From the NCBI GenBank assembly GCA_041168925.1, contig JBEEJY010000010.1, positions 12,430 through 76,429 on the forward strand: 64,000 bases of DNA. Reading direction: 5' to 3'. The position numbers and the translations under genes are program-made. This document shows, piece after piece, positions 56,888 through 64,000 of this stretch. This DNA comes from Candidatus Parcubacteria bacterium (GTDB lineage Bacteria > Patescibacteriota > Minisyncoccia > Phycocordibacterales > UBA2100). The notes beneath the pieces were generated by a model. It saw nothing but the letters and a program-made list of their open reading frames with translations, ran no database searches and had not been told where the DNA came from. The stretch's first letter is position 1. Every line of letters begins with the position of its first letter.

Positions 56888-56925
56888 GTATACTGATTTC
56901 ATGCTATAGCATGGAGTTAGTATAC
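56888..56925. repeat. Palindrome copy C, 16 bp after the stop of the PaaX/Cas2-like gene
   Basis: gtatactgatttcatgctatagcatggagttagtatac. Confidence 0.88.
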
Positions 56926-56956
56926 TGGGCGAGTCGGAACCGATGCCGTGAGATGA

Positions 56957-57769
56957 TCAGATACCGAGGGTCCCGGTGGATTTTGGATCGTTTCTCTTTC
57001 CATGAGCGGAGTGGAGCTGCAGCTCCTTACCTGCCGTCTCGCGGTAACGGCAGTATTCGCACTCCTCTTTTTTATCCGGCACGGAGTCGCTTTTTAAGCA
57101 GTGCGCGAGCCGCTCTATCAGCGGCTCGATCCAGTCCGTGTCGCCTTTGTGGGAAATCACTCTGACGTCGAACTCGAGCTTGCCGTCGAACGAGGGCGCA
57201 TCGCTGTTTCCGTTGACGTAGACGAAATATGCGGTCGGCGAAACTTTTTCTCCGATGCCGCGCAAGAGCCATTGGTAGATCTCTACCTGTCGTTTGTATC
57301 CTTGCTGCCAGTATCCTTCGATCGTAACCTCCTCTTTTTTCGAGGTCGCTTTGTAGTCGACGACATGCAACTGACCATCGGGTGTTACCCACACGTCGTC
57401 GAGTCCGCCCCGGAAAATAAATCCGGTTTGGCGGTGATGAAATTGTACGCCGCGGCGAAACGCGTCGCGCCACTCATCCAGCCGATCGTCTTTGAGCGGT
57501 ATGGCATCGATCTTGTACGCTTTCATGAGCGGATGCGCCTCCCCTTTGGCGCGGTGAATGTCGAATTCCCGTTTTAAGAGTTCATCGACGGCGTTGTTGA
57601 GGGAAAACGCCGGAAAAGACGGCCGAGCGATCCCAAGTCGCACGTCGAGGTAAAAACACCTCGGACATTCGTGAAAAAGATCGATTTTCGAGCGGCTTAT
57701 GCGAAACGGCTCCGGCGAACTCGGATCGTAAAGGTTACGGGTCCGTTTGGCGTAGAGCTTGGGAGGCAT
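56957..57769 (-). CDS. PD-(D/E)XK nuclease (RecB/Cas4-like superfamily)
   Basis: SRSKI...ECPRCFY, GGLDD, VVDYKAT, QVEIYQWLL, C-terminal CEYC. Confidence 0.85.
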   Translation of the reverse strand: MPPKLYAKRTRNLYDPSSPEPFRISRSKIDLFHECPRCFYLDVRLGIARPSFPAFSLNNAVDELLKREFDIHRAKGEAHPLMKAYKIDAIPLKDDRLDEWRDAFRRGVQFHHRQTGFIFRGGLDDVWVTPDGQLHVVDYKATSKKEEVTIEGYWQQGYKRQVEIYQWLLRGIGEKVSPTAYFVYVNGNSDAPSFDGKLEFDVRVISHKGDTDWIEPLIERLAHCLKSDSVPDKKEECEYCRYRETAGKELQLHSAHGKRNDPKSTGTLGI

Positions 57770-57789
57770 TCCGCGAGTATAGCACTCGC

Positions 57790-58296
57790 CTAACTCATCG
57801 CACCTGGTGCGGTGTCGTGATTTTCATGGTGTTCGGTAAACCAGTGTTTGAAACGATTCTCCAGGTACCACATGCCGGTAAACATGATCAGGGAGAGAAT
57901 GGTGGAAAATACCGCGACCGCGTACATCCCGAAGCCGGCGGCCATGCCGATGGCGCTCACGATCCATAAGCCCGCCGCGGTCGTGATGCCGTGCGGCACG
58001 TCGCCGCGAAAGATGATGACTCCCGCGCCGATGAAACCGATACCGGTCGCCACCCCTGCTGCAAGCTGAAGCGGCTGGATGTTGACGATCCCAAGGTATG
58101 CCGAATCGACATAGTTGGAAATGAGAATGAAAAGACATGCGGCGAGCGCGACGAGGCCGAAGGTGCGCGTGCCGGCCGCTTGTTTGGCGAGAATGGCGCG
58201 CTCGGTACCGATGCATGCGCCAAGGGCCATGGCAAGCAAGAGCTTGCCGAACATGACGACTGTCGGGTCGATAAATTCAGCCGGCGTAGGTTGCAT
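57790..58296 (-). CDS. MgtC/SapB family membrane protein
   Basis: IGTER....AAGTRT, TGIGFIGAG, GITTAAGLW. Confidence 0.9.
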   Translation of the reverse strand: MQPTPAEFIDPTVVMFGKLLLAMALGACIGTERAILAKQAAGTRTFGLVALAACLFILISNYVDSAYLGIVNIQPLQLAAGVATGIGFIGAGVIIFRGDVPHGITTAAGLWIVSAIGMAAGFGMYAVAVFSTILSLIMFTGMWYLENRFKHWFTEHHENHDTAPGAMS

Positions 58297-58313
58297 ATGA
58301 GTCGACTATACCA

Positions 58314-59180
58314 TCAAATACCGCACAACTGTTTGGCTTCATCGAGAACATGGGGAATTTTATCGGGGCGTATGCCGAATTCCTTGAGCATATGCGGGGT
58401 CGTGACGCTTTTGCACAGCACGATGCGCCGGTCGAGGAAACGATGCTTCTCGCCATCGGAAAGCGTCGTGAGACAGGTAAGCGGATGCACCTTCCCCGCT
58501 TCGATCATATGGAAGAGGCCGCGATCGTGCGGATAATCCCAGCCGAGCAACGTAAGCCCCGAACACTGCGCGTAGCGGATCGCATTCCGAGTAAAGCGAG
58601 TGTTGGTCGCCAGCCATCCTTCATCGATACGCATCGATGCTTGTGGCGCCGCGTGGAGATCTTCGTAGCGCGCGCACACGTAGAGCGCATCTTTGATGTC
58701 GGTTTTGCCGGACGCATCATTGTGAAATTTTGCTTCGATGCCGACGCGTTTGCCGCCGCGCTCCGCGACCACGTCCACCTCGTGCGGCGCGCATCTGCCC
58801 GTGAGTGCAACGCCGGTGCGCACGTGCCAGCCCTGGGCGCGCAGCACTTCGGCGAGAAATTGCTCAAAAGGAAATCCCGAGGGGCCCAATGCGAAAACGG
58901 CGCGCTTGATCGAGTAGCGCGCGGCGACGGGCGTGACGTCCTCGCGCCTCAGTATCTCGAAGGCGCGCCGGTATATATCTTCGGTGTACATTCCCGGACG
59001 AAGTTCGCGCATCATGTGCGCGAGAATCTTCGCGCGTGCCGTCGAGGAGGCACCCGCTAGCTCGAGCGAATGCATGAGCTTGCCGGGATCAAACGGCTCT
59101 TGCTCGCCGTCGGCTTTGGTAATGACAAACTCGCGGCTCTGTCGCGTCGATGGCTGCGGACGTGAGGCTATCGTTGTCAT
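58314..59180 (-). CDS. ATP-cone plus Mrr-like restriction endonuclease domain protein
   Basis: ITKADGEQEPFD..KL..SL (ATP cone), GPSGFPFE, HEVDV, IEAKFH, TNTRFT. Confidence 0.82.
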   Translation of the reverse strand: MTTIASRPQPSTRQSREFVITKADGEQEPFDPGKLMHSLELAGASSTARAKILAHMMRELRPGMYTEDIYRRAFEILRREDVTPVAARYSIKRAVFALGPSGFPFEQFLAEVLRAQGWHVRTGVALTGRCAPHEVDVVAERGGKRVGIEAKFHNDASGKTDIKDALYVCARYEDLHAAPQASMRIDEGWLATNTRFTRNAIRYAQCSGLTLLGWDYPHDRGLFHMIEAGKVHPLTCLTTLSDGEKHRFLDRRIVLCKSVTTPHMLKEFGIRPDKIPHVLDEAKQLCGI

Positions 59181-59602
59181 GGTCTGGAAGAACCGCTTTT
59201 GCTCGCATAGGGTAAGACCACGATCGGCAGTCCTGCGCCGTTAAGCGACGCGACGAATTCAATGCCGGCGGCCGGTCCGAAAACGACCGCGTGGAACGAG
59301 CGCGGCGTTTCTTCCTTCGGGCAGTCCTTGATAGCGGGTTCGCGCCACGTCCGGAACGAAAGCATGAAGGTCGAAGTTGAAAGTGCCTCCGTATGCACGA
59401 TGAGTTCGTCGCACGGCGTGGGGACGGACACCATCCCGAAGAGATTGTGAACACCCGGCTGCAATTCGTCGCGGATCATGACCGATCCGAGCGCTCCTGA
59501 TTCCCGGGTATGGACGATGTTGCCGAGAAAAAGATAGCTGCCGTACGCGATCGCAGCGGCGAGAAACGCAAACCAAAGAAAAGGCCACACGATGTATCCC
59601 AT
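59177..59602 (-). CDS. Membrane-anchored hypothetical protein
   Basis: N-terminal TM helix, PTPC...C motif; TATACT 6 nt before the ATG at 59602. Confidence 0.6.
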   Translation of the reverse strand: MGYIVWPFLWFAFLAAAIAYGSYLFLGNIVHTRESGALGSVMIRDELQPGVHNLFGMVSVPTPCDELIVHTEALSTSTFMLSFRTWREPAIKDCPKEETPRSFHAVVFGPAAGIEFVASLNGAGLPIVVLPYASKSGSSRP

Positions 59603-59632
59603 GCGCATAGTATACCGCGCGCTTGCGCGGGC

Positions 59633-60691
59633 TTATGGCAGGTTCTCCCGCGAAATAATACCGCCGCCAAGACATTCATCGCCGCGGTAGAGTACGAGCG
59701 ATTGGCCGGGAGAGACGACATGCGGGCGACGAAATGTAAACACGGGGGGCGAGGCGTCCATAGAGAGAATGCCCTCGACAGGCTCTTCATGGTAGCGTGA
59801 CTGCGCGAAAAGCGATTCTTGGGAAAGCGCGGTCTCACCGACCCAGCGAAGTTGGGAAAGCGCGACACGCGAGCACGCCGCAACATCGCGCGTCCGCGCC
59901 ACCTGCAATACATTTTTCTCGACATTGATTCCGACCACGTAGTGCGGCTCGTTTCCGCCGCCCCCTGCGGTAAAACCGTGCCGCTGCCCGATCGTGTAGA
60001 GCGCCGCTCCTTCATGACGGCCGACGACGGAGCCGCTCTCGTCTACAACATCGCCTTGCGCGAGGGGAATGTAGCGCGAAAGGAAATCGCGCATCGAGAC
60101 ATCGCCGACGAAGCAAAGCCCCTGACTGTCCGGCCGATCCGCGTTTGGAAGCGCATAGCGGCGCGCAAGTTCGCGTACGCGCGATTTCAGCAGCGAACCG
60201 ACGGGGAACATCGCGTGCGCCAGCTCGTCCTGACCGAGTCGGTACAGAAAATAGGATTGGTCTTTCGCAGCGTCCGCCGCGCGCCGCAGGGCAAATGCGT
60301 CATTCCTTTCCTCGACGCGGGCATAATGCCCGGTCGCGACGATGTCGGCGCTTTCCGCGAGCGCCCAGCGCAGCAGCGCGCCGAATTTTATCTTTTCATT
60401 GCAGCGCACATCGGGGTTTGGCGTTATGCCTCGCGAATAGTCGGCAAGCATCGCATCGACGACTTCCCGCTGATACGCGGATGAGAGGTCTACCTCGCGA
60501 AATGGGATATCGAGCGCCGCGCACACGCGCAGCGCGTCGAGCCTGTCTTCTTTCCAGGTGCACTCCAAAAATTCAGGTCGCCAGATTTTTACAAACACGC
60601 CGGTGACGTCGTGCCCCTGCGCTTTGAGAAGCGCCGCCGAAACGGCGCTATCCACGCCGCCGGAAACCGCCGCGTATACGCGTTTCGCCAT
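59633..60691 (-). CDS. mnmA: tRNA 2-thiouridylase MnmA
   Basis: SGGVDS, PNPDVRCN, TGHYAR, KDQSYFL, DSQGLCF, YTIGQR. Confidence 0.95.
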   Translation of the reverse strand: MAKRVYAAVSGGVDSAVSAALLKAQGHDVTGVFVKIWRPEFLECTWKEDRLDALRVCAALDIPFREVDLSSAYQREVVDAMLADYSRGITPNPDVRCNEKIKFGALLRWALAESADIVATGHYARVEERNDAFALRRAADAAKDQSYFLYRLGQDELAHAMFPVGSLLKSRVRELARRYALPNADRPDSQGLCFVGDVSMRDFLSRYIPLAQGDVVDESGSVVGRHEGAALYTIGQRHGFTAGGGGNEPHYVVGINVEKNVLQVARTRDVAACSRVALSQLRWVGETALSQESLFAQSRYHEEPVEGILSMDASPPVFTFRRPHVVSPGQSLVLYRGDECLGGGIISRENLP

Positions 60692-60703
60692 GTACGGACT
60701 ATA

Positions 60704-61732
60704 TCAAAAGTACCGCCGTTTATTCGAGAGCTGACAGGCGTAATTCTGGCAGTAGTGGGTCACGCCGGAGTGATCGGCAAGGAAATAGAGATAGTCGCTC
60801 TCGATCGGGTCGGCGGCGGCGAGGATTGAATCAAGCGACGGCGATCCGATCGGAGTCGGCGGTAAGCCTTTGTACCTGTAGGTGTTGTAGGGCGAGTCGC
60901 TCGTGAGATCCGCCATCGTGAGCTGGAAAGTCCCCTTGCCGAGCGTGTAGGCGAAAACGGCGTCGACCTGCAGGGGCATCTTGCGATCGATCCGATTCCA
61001 TAAGACTCCCGAGATGAGGCGGCGATCTTTCGTGTTGAACGCCTCGCGCTCGAGAATCGAGGCCATGATGATGAGCTCGGAGAGCGGACGAGACGAGCTC
61101 GCTATGTCGCCCTGTATCGTCGCGATATGCTGATCGAAATTCTGGCGCATCGTCTCAAGCACGATGTCCTCGGTCGCGTTGGGCAGGAAAAAGTACGTAT
61201 CGGGAAAAAGATACCCTTCTTCACCGCGCGCTTTCGCGAGAAACCGATCGCCGTCGAATCGCTCGAGCTGCGTCCCGTAGATCTTTGCCATTTCTCGAGT
61301 CGTTGCACCCTCGGGGACGCGTACTCTGACCGGCTCGAGTCCGTAGAGTCCCGTCGCGAGCGAATGCGCTACCGCGAAAATATCGAGCGGCTCCTTGAAG
61401 ATATAATCGCCGGCGTGTACCGCACGCTCGCGCCCCATCATCGTCACGAGCACGCGCAGCACGAAGGACGAGCGCACGACGCCCGCGTCGGCAAGCTCTC
61501 TTGTGACCTGTCCGAGAGATTCGCCCGTAGGCACCGATACGAGCGAATCGACCGGAAAGTTATCCGGCGGCCGCACGACATAGAGATAGACGAACGTGGC
61601 GAAAAATCCGGCCAGAATCAGGATCGCTATACTGCGCCGGTTGGAGTGCGGGCGCCATTTCTCCGACAAGTCGTCCAAAAGCGCGTGGCCGCGGTCGAAC
61701 ACCTGTTGTAAGAATTGCTCAAATGATTGCAT
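60704..61732 (-). CDS. mltG: Endolytic transglycosylase MltG
   Basis: TM anchor, EGYLFPDTY, ASILERE, LQVD, SPYNTY..KGLPPTPI. Confidence 0.92.
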   Translation of the reverse strand: MQSFEQFLQQVFDRGHALLDDLSEKWRPHSNRRSIAILILAGFFATFVYLYVVRPPDNFPVDSLVSVPTGESLGQVTRELADAGVVRSSFVLRVLVTMMGRERAVHAGDYIFKEPLDIFAVAHSLATGLYGLEPVRVRVPEGATTREMAKIYGTQLERFDGDRFLAKARGEEGYLFPDTYFFLPNATEDIVLETMRQNFDQHIATIQGDIASSSRPLSELIIMASILEREAFNTKDRRLISGVLWNRIDRKMPLQVDAVFAYTLGKGTFQLTMADLTSDSPYNTYRYKGLPPTPIGSPSLDSILAAADPIESDYLYFLADHSGVTHYCQNYACQLSNKRRYF

Positions 61733-61802
61733 AGCGAGATTATGAGCCGCCGGTACTTCGTTTCGATGCACTATACCGAAGACCGTCAGGCTTGCATAGA
61801 GA

Positions 61803-63215
61803 TTATTTCGGCAAATTGGGCGGCGGCTCGGCTTTCTTGGCCGGAATGCGCTGCAAGCCGGGCGCGACGATGGCGCTCGAAGGCGGATGCCACATGGTCG
61901 CGAGGATTTCGGTCGACATCATGTTGTGCGGCATGATCCAGGGCGAGTAAAAATGCGATCTCCTGCGGTAACAATCGAAAAATCGCCGCTGCATGAGCCG
62001 CCAGCGGATATCGCGAAAATCCTGCCACGGCCAATCGAACGGATTGCCCCAACGACGCGGACGCATTTGGTTGGCATACTGCGCGTTGCCGACAGGCCGC
62101 CAGATCCAGCGAACACCGGTGTAGCCCGCGCTGTTGAATTTGTCTGCATCGCTGATATAAACACCGCGCGCGCCGACGTTGAAAGGATGCTTGCTCATGT
62201 TGCGATCCATCGCCTCGATGAGTTGCGCATAGCGATACTGCGGCACGCGGGCCGATCGTCGCCACGGTTCTTTGTCGACATCTCCGACCGCCTCTTTTCG
62301 CAGCGCATTGATTTCGCGCTTGATGACGCCCTGATAGCGCGACTGCGTTTCCCACCACGGCTCGCCCGGAACGTGTTCGACGTCGCGACACATGGTGATC
62401 ACGAACTGAATCCACATCTGCTCGTCGGGCCGCAGAATACTCATGCGCTCGAGCACTTCCGCGAGCGGGTCGATCTTGTACTCCTCTTTCGGATCCTTGT
62501 CGAGCTCGAATTCCACATAGGTGCGAATGGGATACGCGTCATTGCGGGGTTCGAAACGCCAGTCGGTCGGAAAGCATTCTTGTTTTTCGGGATCAAAGCG
62601 GTATTTCGAGGCATAATCTTCCGCCTCGACAATCTCCACTTCGGGATAGTAGGCATAAAGCGCGGCTTCGACGTTGGGACGCCATTGTTTCCAACACCAA
62701 ATATAAAAATGCACGTCGCCGCCGAATGAGGCGATCTCGAGCGAGAAGATCGGCCGCACCTGGCCCTGCCAGATACGATTGAGAAAAGTCGTTTCGCCCG
62801 AGTCCGTCCATAGCTTCGAGAGGGCGTTTTCCATGGCGCGGGGAGAGCGCACGAGATCGCGCGAAAATCTCACCTCGAGCAAGAGCGTCTCGCGCTTGAA
62901 CAAAAAGACGCCGTGGGAATACCACACCCACACTTTCCACGCCGCGACCAGGAGCGCGATCGGAAGCCATACCGGCGCGGTACCAAGGAGCCACTCGAAT
63001 GCGAAAAGCGGTAGGTTGGGGATCATGTTCCAGAGTATGCCCATGAGCCCCCAAAAAAGTACCGAGAGAAACAGGCACCGGGAAATACCCCAATAATTGC
63101 CGAACAGGCCGTCCACGATGTGGTGGAAATTGAGACTCAAAAACTCTCCGACGAGACCGCGCAGATCGCCGGATCCGATCACGCCTTCCTGCTCGTATTC
63201 TTTGATAAACGCCAT
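61803..63215 (-). CDS. Conserved hypothetical membrane-anchored protein, resembling the N-terminal region of CPR VirD4/TraG-like proteins
   Basis: TM helices, then LLEV...SPRAME, FSLEIAS, YPEVEI...DY, YPIRTY, DPL, C-terminal LATMWHPP...EPPPNLP. Confidence 0.55.
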   Translation of the reverse strand: MAFIKEYEQEGVIGSGDLRGLVGEFLSLNFHHIVDGLFGNYWGISRCLFLSVLFWGLMGILWNMIPNLPLFAFEWLLGTAPVWLPIALLVAAWKVWVWYSHGVFLFKRETLLLEVRFSRDLVRSPRAMENALSKLWTDSGETTFLNRIWQGQVRPIFSLEIASFGGDVHFYIWCWKQWRPNVEAALYAYYPEVEIVEAEDYASKYRFDPEKQECFPTDWRFEPRNDAYPIRTYVEFELDKDPKEEYKIDPLAEVLERMSILRPDEQMWIQFVITMCRDVEHVPGEPWWETQSRYQGVIKREINALRKEAVGDVDKEPWRRSARVPQYRYAQLIEAMDRNMSKHPFNVGARGVYISDADKFNSAGYTGVRWIWRPVGNAQYANQMRPRRWGNPFDWPWQDFRDIRWRLMQRRFFDCYRRRSHFYSPWIMPHNMMSTEILATMWHPPSSAIVAPGLQRIPAKKAEPPPNLPK

Positions 63216-63230
63216 AGCGCAATCTTATCA

Positions 63231-63278
63231 TTCCCGACGCATCGGGAAGGCGCTTGTCGACAGAGCTTGTCGACAGAG
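63231..63278. repeat. Hairpin plus tandem 13-mer
   Basis: ttcccga-cgca-tcgggaa, then gcttgtcgacaga twice. Confidence 0.6.
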
Positions 63279-63281
63279 GGA

Positions 63282-64000
63282 CTATTTCGAAAGCGTGTAC
63301 TTCCCTTCCGGAGTCCGCGCAAACATCGAATGCTGCAAATTGACGGCGATGGTGGCGTCTTTGACATATCGCTCGCGCTTCACGCGATCCACGATCTCTT
63401 CGCGCGTGAGCGGACCTTCGCGCTTCAAAATACCGGCAATGACATCGCGCACGACTCCCGGCTCGTACCCCCATTCTTTCAGAGCATAGAGCCCGCGTCC
63501 GACGAGAACGAACCGGTTGTCTTTGATGAGTTCATTGTGGGTGGTCGCCGGATGCGTCTTGCGGCCGAAGAGTTTTTCGATCGATCGAGCGACTTCGGTG
63601 AAGTGCATCGGAGAGCCGTGGCGTTTGAGCGTGAGATAGGCGAAGTCGCGCGTGTTTTTGATCCGCACGTGAGGCGACTCCGAACGTCCCCACTCGCCGA
63701 GCGGGTTTTTACCGATGCGCTTGCTGATCGAGAGCCAGCGAGAGAGCACTTCGGTCGGACGGGGCTTCACCCCCTGCTGCCTCAGGTGCTTGTTGAAGAG
63801 TTCCACGAATTCTTCGTGCGGGATCAATTTGTTGGACTCGAGCGACTCGTAAAGATTCGAGAGTGACGCTTCCACCTGATCGGCGAGCGCTTCGTCGATA
63901 TGCCAGCGCGCTTTGAAATCCGCATCTTCCCGGCGGTCGTCAAACTGATGACCGACCGTGAGCAAAAACGCGAGATGGCTGCGATCGGCCTCGTTCCCGG
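63282..64000 (-). CDS. HTH-domain protein (HARE-HTH / RNAP delta-like C-terminal part), 5' end outside the window
   Basis: AYLTLKRHGSPMHFTEVA, THNELIKD.RFVLVGRGLYALKEWGY. Confidence 0.7.
   Translation of the reverse strand, partial: GNEADRSHLAFLLTVGHQFDDRREDADFKARWHIDEALADQVEASLSNLYESLESNKLIPHEEFVELFNKHLRQQGVKPRPTEVLSRWLSISKRIGKNPLGEWGRSESPHVRIKNTRDFAYLTLKRHGSPMHFTEVARSIEKLFGRKTHPATTHNELIKDNRFVLVGRGLYALKEWGYEPGVVRDVIAGILKREGPLTREEIVDRVKRERYVKDATIAVNLQHSMFARTPEGKYTLSK

Noticed and set aside
51314-56925. CRISPR array
   Set aside because: Only three diverged repeats about 0.6 and 4.9 kb apart with genes between them; no spacer-sized intervals and no cas1

Overview
GC-rich, gene-dense chromosomal segment using the standard bacterial code (TGA = stop). 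Gene content points to a Patescibacteria/CPR genome, most likely Parcubacteria (inference): C-terminally shortened AlaRS, archaeal-type AspRS, PaaX/Cas2-like protein, FtsA-like plus baseplate-J-like pair, and pervasive leaderless promoters. Housekeeping genes include ychF, leuS, cysS, gltX, aspS, trpS, alaS, mraY-ftsW-murG, scpAB, grpE-dnaK-dnaJ, the infA to rpsI ribosomal/rpoA block, ung, mnmA and mltG. No rRNA, tRNA or CRISPR array was seen. Notable accessory structure: (1) three copies of a 36-44 bp palindrome, two of them bracketing a PaaX/Cas2-like gene next to a PD-(D/E)XK nuclease; (2) scattered relics of a REP-associated tyrosine transposase (RAYT) and its terminal repeats, enclosing a surface-protein gene and a PIN TA pair between ftsW and murG; (3) a RelE-type TA cassette flanked by a diverged duplicate of a gene 3' end; (4) a speD-like/PQ-loop/DUF2156/PRMT-like cluster beside a split sensor and kinase; (5) LeuRS carrying both an alpha/beta-hydrolase and a Nudix insertion; (6) an inverted 4+4 array of 9-mers downstream of dnaJ. 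All calls come from reading motifs by eye; no searches were run.
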